From Bdellovibrionota bacterium (GTDB lineage: Bacteria; Bdellovibrionota; UBA1018; CAIPTA01; JAALKR01): 64,000 nucleotides of DNA. The position numbers and the translations under genes were made by a program. Of the stretch, positions 49,048 through 59,827 are shown in pieces (within the stretch, counting starts at the first letter, position 1; the number at the start of each line of letters is the position of its first letter). The stretch lies in the NCBI GenBank assembly GCA_965207455.1, contig CBDBMJ010000001.1:1024001-1088000 (forward strand), read 5' to 3'. The notes beneath the pieces are model-generated. The model was not told where the DNA came from and ran no database searches. It saw nothing but the letters and a program-made list of their open reading frames with translations.

Positions 49048-51963
49048 ATGAAGCATGCCCAGAAATTCTCAATATGTGCTTTTATAGTGCTACTCAGTAT
49101 ATCTATAAAACCCCAGCCTAGTAGTGCTGATGCAGATGATGTAATTGAAGGGCTAAACACCTTCACTAATACTGCTCAAGCCTTAGGAAATAGCCTACAG
49201 CAATATAGATTTATAAGCACAAATCCTAGAAGCAACAGGGTATATCAGCTACAAAGCCAAATTAATCAATCTATTAGGAATATGCAAAAAAAATTGAACG
49301 ATGGCCTACTAGCTTGCTTTGAAATACAACAAAACACAATGGAGGAATTTATAGAGGATGAAGAATCTGAGGAATTTGAAAGTGTATTTGGCGAGGATGA
49401 GAAGCTTAGCAATGACAAGCAATACATAAAATGTAAAGAACCCGATGACTCTTTTCAAGACAAAGCAAATGGTACAGTAACCTGTGAGAATGCTATTGAG
49501 CAACAGGAAGCACTTGACGAAATACTTACATCTCAAAGATGTAAAAGGGATCATATTCGAAACACAAAAAACGCTCTCTCCTGTATTACAAACATTAATC
49601 AAACGCTTAAAGATGCCTCTGAGAAGCTAAAAGATTTAGTGATTGAACAAAAAAATTCTCAAAAGCAACTAATGGAAGAATACGATTCTGCAATAAAGGA
49701 ACAGACAGAAACAGCAGAGAATTTAGATAAAGAAATAAATGACAAAGATAATGGTCATAAAGCTAGGCTGGCAGATCTGGAAAATCTATATGAAAACTTG
49801 GATAAAGCCCTAACCACCTTTGGAGGTGCAGCGGACCGACCTGTGATTGATGGGGATGAGGATAAGATAACTCTCTATGGTGCCCTTCAGGATCGTTTAG
49901 CACACCTGGAGACAACAGAAGTAACAAATGTTGCTCAAACTTGGCACAACAGCATATCGTCAAGAATTCAAGGTTGTATTAAGGGAGCGCCTAATGATTG
50001 CACCAAAAATAGTACTATAGCAATAGGAGCTGTTGAATGTCTTCGTTCCCAAATTAGAGTGAGTGAGAAAAGCCCTGGTGATACGGCAAGAAATGAAAAT
50101 AATTTTTCGGTTTTAAAGAAAATATTTGATTCTACAGATTCTTTTCTAAATAAAGAATATAGTGGCAGTATAAGTAATAGTGATGCTAGAAATGCAAAAA
50201 ATGTAGCTCAATCAATTAAAGCAACTGTAATTCAATGGGGTAATATCTTCGACGATAGATTTTTTGATTATAAAAAGGAATTTCGAGGAGGAAATAGAGC
50301 AAAATTTAGTGACATAAGAAAGAACTTCCATAGGCATTTAAGTTCATGCCGAGATTCTGCACTAAAAGCTTTTGAGTCTGACTTAAATTCAAACAATACT
50401 TCAACCACTCCTCGACTTAAAAAACCCCCTACAGATCCTCGACAAGTTTCTAATGACCCCGATGATTACATTCAGGTTTCAGCAAATCCCATAAGGGCCT
50501 CACTGGAGAATTTGAGAAGAAAGCGCTGGAACCTCAATTCAGATATACAAAGTTGGAATTCCGTTCTAACAAGACAAATGCAAAACTTTCAGACTCAATT
50601 CACTAAAAGGGAAGATAATAGCTTGTTTAAAAAGAATGAAGAATGTAGACGAGTATCAGCGAAAGAAAGAAATAACCCAAGAAAATCATTGGACTGCTTG
50701 CTGAAATTCCGAAAAATATTAAAAGATGGTATTCAGGGTGGTACAGGTAGATCTATTACTAATATTAAGACACCCTATATATCCAAAGCTTCACCTTCTG
50801 GTCTTAATGTACAATACAGAAACCAAAGCTGTGATAGCTTTCGTAAATGTGTAAACCTAATGGAAAAAGCTAGAGATGCTCACAGTACACTATCCAAAAC
50901 TCTGGAGAAAAATAAAAAATCAGATGAAGCCGTCTATAAAAATATTATAAATGGTTCTATTTCTCAAATAGACGGTGCCATTAAAGCCGTTTTTAATGAT
51001 ACTTCGGGCAGTAAACCTTATATAGACGGATTAAATCGAATGCTTGGAGAAGTTGGTATCTCATCTATAAATTTCGGTTCAATGAAAGATATAAAAGCAA
51101 CCCTAATGATTGCTGCTAACTATGATGACGAAAAAATCCTTGAAAGTATCCCTGCCAGTGGCGACAATATTGAAGAGATAAAGGATGCACTCGACGAGGA
51201 GTTAGATGGTAAAGATGGAATAAAAAGAAAAATAAGAAATTACTCTAAACTGCTTTCAACAGCTAATGAAGCTGTTACAAAATGCAGTATTGACCCTGAG
51301 GAATACGAAAAGACCTTCAAAAACTTCTCCTGCGGTAAGAATTATGATACCCCCTCAGAAGAAAGTCTGTGTAATAAAAATAATATCGAAAACGCATTAA
51401 GGGAACTTGAAAGACTTGCCAAGAAAGCCTCCTCAGAAGTACAACTAAATGGAGGAAGATATTGGCGTCAATCACGTCAAGAAAAGAGAAAAGGATCTGT
51501 TCTGAGCGAATGTAAAGAGAAATTGGAAAAAGAGAATGACGATAATGAAAATGAAAAAATAGACATTACTGCAGAAATAGAAGAGATGGAAAATACATTA
51601 AATGCTTCAACAGAAGAGACAAAAAATACAGATAAAGCATCTATAAAGGCAAAACTGGAAAGGCTGAAGAAAAAACTGGAAAGAATAGATAATGATTTAA
51701 ACCAAGAACAACAAGAGACTGGCTGCTGGAATAAAGTAATGAATGTAATCTATGATGGGCAAGCAGAAGCTAGAGAAAGTGATAAAGAAAAATTAAAGAT
51801 TTCTACTAAAATTTTAGAAGACATAATTACAGGATGCAAAGACAAAAAGGAACTCAATCTTGAAAAGGCATGCGATGGGATCGGGAAATTGAAGACGGAA
51901 GAGAAGAAAAAAACGAAAAATAAAAGTTCTGGATCAGGCACATTCGGTGCACCTAGTAGCTAG
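49048..51963 (+). CDS. Large secreted coiled-coil, Cys-containing hypothetical protein
   Basis: 971 aa ORF, signal peptide, helical E/K-rich composition with spaced Cys. Confidence 0.75.
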   Translation: MKHAQKFSICAFIVLLSISIKPQPSSADADDVIEGLNTFTNTAQALGNSLQQYRFISTNPRSNRVYQLQSQINQSIRNMQKKLNDGLLACFEIQQNTMEEFIEDEESEEFESVFGEDEKLSNDKQYIKCKEPDDSFQDKANGTVTCENAIEQQEALDEILTSQRCKRDHIRNTKNALSCITNINQTLKDASEKLKDLVIEQKNSQKQLMEEYDSAIKEQTETAENLDKEINDKDNGHKARLADLENLYENLDKALTTFGGAADRPVIDGDEDKITLYGALQDRLAHLETTEVTNVAQTWHNSISSRIQGCIKGAPNDCTKNSTIAIGAVECLRSQIRVSEKSPGDTARNENNFSVLKKIFDSTDSFLNKEYSGSISNSDARNAKNVAQSIKATVIQWGNIFDDRFFDYKKEFRGGNRAKFSDIRKNFHRHLSSCRDSALKAFESDLNSNNTSTTPRLKKPPTDPRQVSNDPDDYIQVSANPIRASLENLRRKRWNLNSDIQSWNSVLTRQMQNFQTQFTKREDNSLFKKNEECRRVSAKERNNPRKSLDCLLKFRKILKDGIQGGTGRSITNIKTPYISKASPSGLNVQYRNQSCDSFRKCVNLMEKARDAHSTLSKTLEKNKKSDEAVYKNIINGSISQIDGAIKAVFNDTSGSKPYIDGLNRMLGEVGISSINFGSMKDIKATLMIAANYDDEKILESIPASGDNIEEIKDALDEELDGKDGIKRKIRNYSKLLSTANEAVTKCSIDPEEYEKTFKNFSCGKNYDTPSEESLCNKNNIENALRELERLAKKASSEVQLNGGRYWRQSRQEKRKGSVLSECKEKLEKENDDNENEKIDITAEIEEMENTLNASTEETKNTDKASIKAKLERLKKKLERIDNDLNQEQQETGCWNKVMNVIYDGQAEARESDKEKLKISTKILEDIITGCKDKKELNLEKACDGIGKLKTEEKKKTKNKSSGSGTFGAPSS

Positions 51964-52044
51964 GATAGTCTCGCTACACTTTGATTTTTACTGGACAGGA
52001 CACAAGAGAATATGCTATTTCACTCTTAATAAATAAGGAGGGAA

Positions 52045-52434
52045 ATGAATATGAAAATGATGGCAAATATGACTCATATGGTTATTAAAACTGCGGCGAT
52101 GGAAGAAACAAGAAAGTTTTGGGAGTCTGTTTTATTATGTAAAAATGGAGCAGCAGATGAAGAGAACTATCTCCGTTATGATGTTGGATCTTTTACAGTA
52201 ATGTTTGACGAAAGCAAGAAGGCAGAACGAAATCTACTCCATGTAATTGGACATGTAGGTTTTGAATTTGAGAGTAAGAGCCATATTGACTCTGAATTTG
52301 AAAGAATTTCTCAACTTGTTAGTGGAATAAAGAAACCTATCGGGGGTATGAAACAGGGTCCCTACCGATTTTATATCGACGATCCAAATGGAATTAAAAT
52401 TGAATTTGAAACCTGGGAAGGATCTTCGGATTAA
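52045..52434 (+). CDS. VOC/glyoxalase family protein
   Basis: THMVI, GHVGF, FYIDDPNGIKIE. Confidence 0.88.
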   Translation: MNMKMMANMTHMVIKTAAMEETRKFWESVLLCKNGAADEENYLRYDVGSFTVMFDESKKAERNLLHVIGHVGFEFESKSHIDSEFERISQLVSGIKKPIGGMKQGPYRFYIDDPNGIKIEFETWEGSSD

Positions 52435-52719
52435 CTGTAGATATGCTAGTGTAACGACCAAGAAAAACTGCCAGCGTATAACGAATCAACATATCTTGAA
52501 TCATCGCATCAAAACTGGGTTTTCATTGTCTTAAAGCCTCCATAAAACAGTAAAGACTGATTTTTTTGAATGGTTTTGGCTACCTGCAACTACTGAAAAA
52601 ATAGCTAGCATCGAACACAGCCATCATAGAACAGCGTCTATACTCATCGTTATTTTTTTCTTTACCAATACTTCCTATTCCCTTAATATTGCGCAAGATA
52701 ATAATAGAAAGGAAACTTA

Positions 52720-53931
52720 GTGTTACTAAAGCTATTAAAGTACCCAAGCATTTCTTTATTGCTATACGCAGGAATCCTGCTTAGCTCTGCAAATGCATTG
52801 GCTTCATATGATCTGGAGCATCGTGATCCTTTATTCACCACCATACCAGTAGAAGACGAAATACTAGACTATAGCCAACACAAAGAAATTAAGTTTTGGC
52901 TGGACGAAATGGCTAAGAAGTATGAGGAGTCCCATGGTTTTTCCCAAGAATTCCTATACCAAATTTTTTCTAAAGTACGATTTCAAAAAAAGGCTCTACT
53001 GCTAAATAATCCTGCTTTAAAAAAACAAGAACCTCCAAACAACAATACTCATCCTAAGATAGATGATCCTCCTGTAAAAGAAGAAAAAGAACTTACAAAA
53101 AAGGACTTGAGTTGGAGAAAATACCGTAAAGCTCATCTGGGTTCTTTTATAATAAAAAAGGGCTTAGAGTTTTTTGAAGAACATAAAGTTCTACTTGCTG
53201 AAGTGGAAGAAAAATATGGTGTTCCTGGCTCCATTGTTGTGAGCACCATAGGGGTTGAAACAAAATATGGCCTCTATATAGGTAAATTCCCTGTTTTTCA
53301 CACTCTTGCTTCCCTTGCGTTTAAATTCCATGAAAAACAACGACGAATTGCCTTTTTCAATAAAGAGTTAGAACACTTTCTACTATTATCTCAAGAACAA
53401 AATTGGTGTGCAACAGACTCTCCCGATGAATGGCTTCTTTGCATCGATGAAAGAAAAGGTTCCTATTCAGGAGCCATGGGAATACCCCAGTTTTTACCCT
53501 CTAGTTATCGAGATTTTGCTGTGGACGCTGACGAAGATGGGAAAATAGACCTATGGTCTAGTCTTGCTGATATTTTTTATAGTGTTGCCAACTATTACGA
53601 AAAACATAATTGGCAAAAACAAATGCCTGTGGGTTACTGGGTTCAAGTAAACGGAGAGGGCTATAAAGACTTACTAAAAGCACAGAAGAAGTCGAAACTC
53701 CTACCGGAAATTACCTATGAAACCTTCTTAGATAAAGAAATATCTATCCCTGATTTTCCAGAGGAATATTACGAAATGCCCCTTTCTTTTTTTGAATTTC
53801 CCATGCATTTTCCAAATGAAAGTAATGGCTACTGGGCAGGGTTATATAACTTTTATGTTATTACCCGATACAATCACAGCTCTTTTTATGCTATGAGTAT
53901 TTACCTCCTTTCTCAGGAGTTCCTTCTTTAA
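52720..53931 (+). CDS. mltB: Lytic murein transglycosylase B family
   Basis: IGVETKYG (catalytic Glu), GSYSGAMGIPQFLPSSY, VITRYNHS. Confidence 0.92.
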   Translation: MLLKLLKYPSISLLLYAGILLSSANALASYDLEHRDPLFTTIPVEDEILDYSQHKEIKFWLDEMAKKYEESHGFSQEFLYQIFSKVRFQKKALLLNNPALKKQEPPNNNTHPKIDDPPVKEEKELTKKDLSWRKYRKAHLGSFIIKKGLEFFEEHKVLLAEVEEKYGVPGSIVVSTIGVETKYGLYIGKFPVFHTLASLAFKFHEKQRRIAFFNKELEHFLLLSQEQNWCATDSPDEWLLCIDERKGSYSGAMGIPQFLPSSYRDFAVDADEDGKIDLWSSLADIFYSVANYYEKHNWQKQMPVGYWVQVNGEGYKDLLKAQKKSKLLPEITYETFLDKEISIPDFPEEYYEMPLSFFEFPMHFPNESNGYWAGLYNFYVITRYNHSSFYAMSIYLLSQEFLL

Positions 53932-54015
53932 AGAATTCAGAAAACATTTGAAAAAAAACTCAAATAGTTGTACCCTTTTAATCACAAATGAGGTCTAGTA
54001 AAGATTAGGATAGAA

Positions 54016-54798
54016 ATGGTAAAAATAAAAAAAATTGTAGCTCCGCTTATTCTCATAAATCTTATTTGCCTATCCATGCCATACACTTATGGAAAGAACA
54101 AAGAAAACACTTCTTTTTCTAGCGGAGAAAACAAAGTGCACCTTTTGGAACTCTTTAGCACACAAAGCTGTAGCAGTTGCCCACCAGCACAAGTCCAGGT
54201 TTCTAAATTAAAAAATAATACTAAAATCTGGACCCACTTTGTCCCCATCGTATGGCATGTGGACTACTGGGACCATTTGGGCTGGAAGGATCCTTTCTCC
54301 AATCCAAAGTATACCAAGAGGCAACGTGCCTACAGTTCCAAATGGGGAACCCGTAACATATACACGCCTATGTTTGTTCTCAACGGAAAGGACGAGAAAA
54401 AACGAAAATCTATATTAACAAAAGTTCTGGAATTGAAAAGCAAGGCAAAGCCGGGCAACCTTACCATCAAGCAAACAAAAAAAAATACCTTTACAGTAGA
54501 GTTTGAATCATTACAAAAACTAGAAAAACTAAAAATCCATGGCGCTATTATAGGCAGTGGAATAGAAACAAAAGTAACTCGCGGAGAAAATTCTGGCAGT
54601 ACATTAAAGCATGACTTTTTAGTCTTGGAATCTAAATCTTCCCTGCTATCAAAGAAAGGGAAAAAGCACATAGGAAAAATAACTTTCCCTCCATACTCTT
54701 CAAAAAAAATAAAAAAAGAATGGGAGAAACGCGTAGTTTTCTGGATCACTCAAAAAAATAGTCTTGAACCAATACAGGTGGCAAGTGGAAGCCTTTAA
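54016..54798 (+). CDS. DUF1223 thioredoxin-like secreted protein
   Basis: ELFSTQSCSSCPPA, HVDYWDHLGWKDPF, YTP. Confidence 0.88.
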   Translation: MVKIKKIVAPLILINLICLSMPYTYGKNKENTSFSSGENKVHLLELFSTQSCSSCPPAQVQVSKLKNNTKIWTHFVPIVWHVDYWDHLGWKDPFSNPKYTKRQRAYSSKWGTRNIYTPMFVLNGKDEKKRKSILTKVLELKSKAKPGNLTIKQTKKNTFTVEFESLQKLEKLKIHGAIIGSGIETKVTRGENSGSTLKHDFLVLESKSSLLSKKGKKHIGKITFPPYSSKKIKKEWEKRVVFWITQKNSLEPIQVASGSL

Positions 54799-55273
54799 TT
54801 CCTTCAAAGAAAATTATTTCTCACCCACAGTTAATTTTTTTTCCTGTCCTCACACTTGGGTTCGCTCTTGTAAAAATACATTTGTCTGCCTCATCGGCTG
54901 TAGTATTGGTGACTTTGGAACAATTATATATTTTCAACTCAATCATCCTTCCGTTCCATTACTTCACATTATCCCTCTTGCCATGGCAATGGGACTACTC
55001 ACATCCATTATCCTAGAAAGCATCATTTTAAAAATTAGAGAAAAATTCTCTTGGCAGCAAAGCGTGAGAACAGCCTTTTCCATGAGCTTTCTCTCCATGC
55101 TAGCCATGGAAACGGCAGAGAATGCAACCGACCTCTTGCTAACAGGAGGCACAGTGCCCCTATCCGAACCCTTCTATTGGATAGCACTATTCATTTCTCT
55201 ACTAATGGGCTTTCTTGTTCCCCTACCCTATAATTATTGGAAATTAAAAAAGTACGGAAAATCCTGTCATTAA
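54764..55273 (+). CDS. DUF4396 membrane protein
   Basis: CLIGCSIGD, MSFLSMLAME, PLPYNYWKLKKYGKSCH. Start uncertain. Confidence 0.8.
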   Translation: MNQYRWQVEAFNSFKENYFSPTVNFFSCPHTWVRSCKNTFVCLIGCSIGDFGTIIYFQLNHPSVPLLHIIPLAMAMGLLTSIILESIILKIREKFSWQQSVRTAFSMSFLSMLAMETAENATDLLLTGGTVPLSEPFYWIALFISLLMGFLVPLPYNYWKLKKYGKSCH

Positions 55274-55279
55274 AATGAT

Positions 55280-56391
55280 TTATTTTCCCAATGGACAAGG
55301 AAGGGAACTTGTTTCTTGCTTGCCAAAAAATCTATGGCGATTTCTTTCCACTACAGTATATAAGTAATCCCGCCAACTCTTGGGTATCCATAACAAAATG
55401 CTACCCATGATAGACCATATACCTCCCAAGGAATTTAAAATCTTCAAAACTGCGGTGGAATGGCTATAAGTATCCTCTCCCTTTTTAAATACAACACTCA
55501 CAAATTCAACTTCTTTGGCTAGATTTATGGCACTTGTTTGATTTTGCAAACTATCTATTTGAATTTGTCTCTCGCTGTCTTCCTCTATAATGAATCGAGC
55601 AAAGCTGCAACAAAGAACACAGGAGGAGTCTATGTAAACAGTTTGCCTGTCTGTAGGTTTCTCTGTGGATTTTTCTGTGGGTTTTTCTGGGCTGTTAGAA
55701 AAATGTAAACAAAAGAAATGAACGGATAGCAATAAAAACCATGTCAATACTCCATACACCGGCGGAGGAAAAAATACTAGAAGAAAACATAAAGCGTACC
55801 AAGAAAATAAACGTGTTTTCTTCCATGCCAACAAAGGAAGATAAAAAACATAAGGAAGAGACTGGAACCATGGAAACTGCGCTTCTCCCCTATTAGTGAA
55901 AAATGATTGCAGGCCAAATAAAAAAATGTAAATAGCAAATACACCCGTAATGAAAATATAAACCATGGAGGGCAAGCGCCATTTTTGAAATCTATACCTG
56001 GGAATCATGGAAAATGGTTCTCCACTGGGCACAAAAGCCATGGCTAGTAAAATAAAAAAAGCAATGCTACTTATGGATAGGCCGCCAATGGGGACCATAT
56101 CTACTATAGCAGCAAATATATAAGCTAAAAATATGGCTATCCATCGCCTATAAATACCCATTGCAAGAAAAAAAGATAATACGGAATTGAGAAATAAAAA
56201 ATATCGCATTGCTTGTGTGTGAGGAATATAATGAAAAATATTATAAATACCTAGCTTGTCGAAAGGAATACCACTTGCCTGCAAGTCCACACTTAACCTA
56301 GGTGAATAGACATAAGCAAAGGAAAAAAATAGGCTTAGAAAAAAACCAAAAAAAAACGAAATATGGCAAACTGGTGCGGAGAATAAACCAT
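55280..56391 (-). CDS. Membrane protein with C-terminal DCC1/DUF393 thiol-disulfide domain; apparent 1-bp frameshift in a poly-T run near the 5' end
   Basis: YIDSSCVLC (DxxCxxC) and RDYLYTVVERNRHRFFG. ATG 56391 joins the 55280..56290 ORF if the T9 run is T10. Confidence 0.75.
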
Positions 56392-58127
56392 TAGTTTCCT
56401 AGACTTAACCCCTCTCCCCTAGGATCAGCCACACCATGGAGCATCCCGCCCTCTCTTGCAATACCATTCACACGACAATTTAAATTTTGTGTACGAACTG
56501 AGTGCCCCATTGCTGTTAGTTCATCTGTTAAGGAGGAAGAAAGACCCGGTTCATCTACCCGTATCTCGTCCGGTATCCATTGGTGGTGAATACGAATATT
56601 TGCAATGGAATCAAACAGTGGTTTCTCATACGCAATATAGTTAAGAATAACTTGAGCCACACAGGAAATAATTTTTGTTCCAGCGGGAGAACCCAGTGCT
56701 AGTTTGGGACCCTTGTCGTCGAAAAGAATAGTGGGAGACATACTACTCAAGGGACGTTTTTTTGGCTGAATGGCGTTGTTCTTATTCCCCAAAGCACCAA
56801 AAATATTAGGCACTCCCGGTTTTGCGGAAAAATCGTCCATTTCATTGTTAAGTAAAAACCCCGCACCATCAACCACTACACCAGAACCCATATAATAATT
56901 AACAGTTTGCGTGGAACTTACTGTATTCCCTTTTTTATCCATAACCGTAAAGTGCACAGTTTCATCCGATTCATAGGGCTGATTCCATGGCCAAGGAGAC
57001 CCCGGTTTTACATTTTTTGATGGAATGGCCCTTTCACTAGCATTAATTTGCCTGCGAATGCTCCTGGCATATCCCTTGGATGAAAGCCCCACGAGAGGAA
57101 CTTTTACAAAATCAGAATCTCCCAAGTACTCTGCCCGATCCGCAAAAGCACGCTGCATGGCTGAAGCTATCCAATGTATGGATTCCTTAGAATAACTATC
57201 TTTCACAATGGGCTCCAGTGTATTTAAAATTTGCAGTACATGGATACCACCAGAGCTAGGAGGTGGCATGGAAGCTACTCGGTAACCACGAAAACTTCCC
57301 CAAACAGGATTGCGGTACTTTACAGAATACTGATCCAGGTCGGATTGACGAATAAGACCTTTATATTTTTTTTGAGACTGTATAATAGCTTTGGCTACAG
57401 GACCCTTATAAAATCCAGCTTTTCCAAGTTTTGCTATACGACGCAGTGTCTTAGCTAAATCCTTTTGCACCAACCAATCCCCCTCTTTTAACGGTTTTCC
57501 ATCTTTAAAAAAGATTTTTTTGGAAGCAGGATACTTGGCAAGCAAATCCTTACGAAAATCAATGGACTTGGCTAGGTGGGGATATACCCTAAATCCTGTT
57601 TCCGCTAAGTCTATGGCTGGCTGTATTATTTGGGATAATTTTAGCTTCCCATACTTTTTGTGCACGTCCACTAGGCCTGCCACTATACCAGGCACTCCTG
57701 CGCTCAATATGCCGTCTTGGGAGAGCTTAGGAATCACATTGCCCTGCTTATCCAAGTACATATCCTTGCCCGCTAAGCCTGGGGCTTGCTCTCGAAAATC
57801 CACTGCCAAGGTTTTCTTCTTTTCAGAGAGGTGAATGAGCATAAAGCCTCCCCCTCCAAGGCCCGTAGATTGGGGGCGTTCAACGGAAATGGCAAAAGAG
57901 ATGGCTATGGCTGCATCTATGGCATTTCCTCCAAGATCAAACATTTTCGTACCTGCTTTTGTGGCAGCTCCTCCCTGGGTGGTAATCATATAGTTACTCC
58001 CATACGCCTCTGCCAGTGAACGTTTTAATCCCTTTCGAAAAGTCGCATGGTGTTGATTCTGTGTTGCCACTGAATGGGCACAGCTAGTGAGAAAAAGAAT
58101 TAAGAAAATGGTATACCGATAGTTCAT
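56391..58127 (-). CDS. ggt: Gamma-glutamyltransferase
   Basis: GGNAIDAA, DFREQAP, PPPSSGG, ETVHF (Thr nucleophile), LNNEMDDF, PKKRPLSSMSP. Confidence 0.95.
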   Translation of the reverse strand: MNYRYTIFLILFLTSCAHSVATQNQHHATFRKGLKRSLAEAYGSNYMITTQGGAATKAGTKMFDLGGNAIDAAIAISFAISVERPQSTGLGGGGFMLIHLSEKKKTLAVDFREQAPGLAGKDMYLDKQGNVIPKLSQDGILSAGVPGIVAGLVDVHKKYGKLKLSQIIQPAIDLAETGFRVYPHLAKSIDFRKDLLAKYPASKKIFFKDGKPLKEGDWLVQKDLAKTLRRIAKLGKAGFYKGPVAKAIIQSQKKYKGLIRQSDLDQYSVKYRNPVWGSFRGYRVASMPPPSSGGIHVLQILNTLEPIVKDSYSKESIHWIASAMQRAFADRAEYLGDSDFVKVPLVGLSSKGYARSIRRQINASERAIPSKNVKPGSPWPWNQPYESDETVHFTVMDKKGNTVSSTQTVNYYMGSGVVVDGAGFLLNNEMDDFSAKPGVPNIFGALGNKNNAIQPKKRPLSSMSPTILFDDKGPKLALGSPAGTKIISCVAQVILNYIAYEKPLFDSIANIRIHHQWIPDEIRVDEPGLSSSLTDELTAMGHSVRTQNLNCRVNGIAREGGMLHGVADPRGEGLSLGN

Positions 58128-58295
58128 GATTAAATTTTACTCCTTTTTTAGATAGTTTTTAGATAGTTTTGTTTTTTTGCATTTTATTCGATAGGATAAC
58201 TTATATCATTTAAATTGGAAACAGATAGATTTTACATAGCAACAGGTAAGCCTTTCCTCTACTCTGCACAAACAGAAAGGAAAAGAATAGGAACA

Positions 58296-59819
58296 ATGCA
58301 AATAACGGCAAAACATAAATCTTTAATTCTACTAAATATTTGGCTCTGTATGGGAATAATTGGTTGTAGCCAAATATCCTTACAGCGTGATCCCAGTGCT
58401 CTTGTGCACTCCGGAAGTAAGAATACGGAGAGATCCATCATTGATCAAAGTATTCTGGAAAATAATAAAAATTTTTCCAAATTAGATTCTAAGTCCAATA
58501 TTGAGGATGAGGCTCCCTTATTTATACCTACGGAAATCAATAACCGTGTAGCATCTTGGATTCATTATTTTACAGTACAAAGGCGAGCTTTAACCATCCG
58601 TTACTTTGAACGCGCCAGTGCTCTTAAGCCTAATATTGAAAAAATATTGGAAGAAAATGACTTGCCCAAAGAATTAATCTACTTAGTGATGATTGAAAGC
58701 GGCTTTGTATTAAAAGCAAGATCTAAGGCTAAAGCAGTGGGCCTATGGCAAATGATTCCCGGAACAGCTAGAAACTATGGATTAACCGTAAATCGCTCTG
58801 TGGATGAGCGAATAAACTGGATTAAATCCACAGAGGCAGCCATTACATACTTAAAAGATTTAAAAAATGTGTTTGGTTCTTGGTACCTTGCCTTTTCTGC
58901 CTATAATGCGGGAGAGTACCGGGTTGTACGATCCATTATGCGAGGAAAAAGCAGAGATTTCTGGGCGTTAGCTGAGGGTAAAATGCTACCCAAAGAAACC
59001 TTAAATTATGTGCCTAAGTTTTTAGCCATGCTTATTATTGGAAAAAATTTAGAAAAATATAATATCCAATTTAAAGAAAGTGAAAAATGGGATATCAATT
59101 ACAAGCAAGTGGAAGTGCCTTCCAGCTTTAAACTCACCAGTTTAGCAAGGATTACAAATGTACCATTAAAAATCCTTCGCCACTGGAATCAAGACCTTTT
59201 AAGGGGAAGAACTCCTTATAGTAGGAACGGCGTAGTGGAAATTTACCTACCAGAGGCTGAGGCTCTAAAGGTGATGAGTCATCGCCAACAATTAGCAAAA
59301 TATATAAAGAAAAAACCCTACCAACGTAGACGAAGAAGCAATAAATCCATGTACTCTATTTACGTAGTAAAAAGTGGCGACACTTTGAGTGGCATTTCTG
59401 GTAGGTTGGGCATTTCATTGCGCACACTCATGAAGATCAATCGTTTAAGAATAAAAAGAAAAATCCATCCCGGGCAACGCCTACGCTACTACCTCACAAA
59501 TTCCCGTTCCATATCCTCCAATGAAATTTATCTAGTGAAAAGAAATGATACATTGGAACATATTGCGCGTAAAAATAAATCCACTGTACGATCTCTGCAA
59601 ATTTTAAATAATATAAGAGGTAGTAAAATCTATGCGGGACAAATACTACGCCTGCCTGCCAGTGCAATCCGTGGTGGGTACCATTTGGTTCTAAATGGAG
59701 AAAATCTTTTCATCATTGCTAGAAGGTATAATGCCACTATTGCTAAATTAAAGAAAATTAATAATTTAACGAACGATAGAATATATCCCGGACAAAAAAT
59801 ATTAATTCAGAAAAAATAG
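58296..59819 (+). CDS. mltD: LysM-repeat lytic transglycosylase (MltD-like lipoprotein)
   Basis: Lipobox IIGC, MIESG, AVGLWQM, AYNAGE, ETLNYVPK, three C-terminal LysM repeats. Confidence 0.9.
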   Translation: MQITAKHKSLILLNIWLCMGIIGCSQISLQRDPSALVHSGSKNTERSIIDQSILENNKNFSKLDSKSNIEDEAPLFIPTEINNRVASWIHYFTVQRRALTIRYFERASALKPNIEKILEENDLPKELIYLVMIESGFVLKARSKAKAVGLWQMIPGTARNYGLTVNRSVDERINWIKSTEAAITYLKDLKNVFGSWYLAFSAYNAGEYRVVRSIMRGKSRDFWALAEGKMLPKETLNYVPKFLAMLIIGKNLEKYNIQFKESEKWDINYKQVEVPSSFKLTSLARITNVPLKILRHWNQDLLRGRTPYSRNGVVEIYLPEAEALKVMSHRQQLAKYIKKKPYQRRRRSNKSMYSIYVVKSGDTLSGISGRLGISLRTLMKINRLRIKRKIHPGQRLRYYLTNSRSISSNEIYLVKRNDTLEHIARKNKSTVRSLQILNNIRGSKIYAGQILRLPASAIRGGYHLVLNGENLFIIARRYNATIAKLKKINNLTNDRIYPGQKILIQKK

Positions 59820-59827
59820 GATATACT

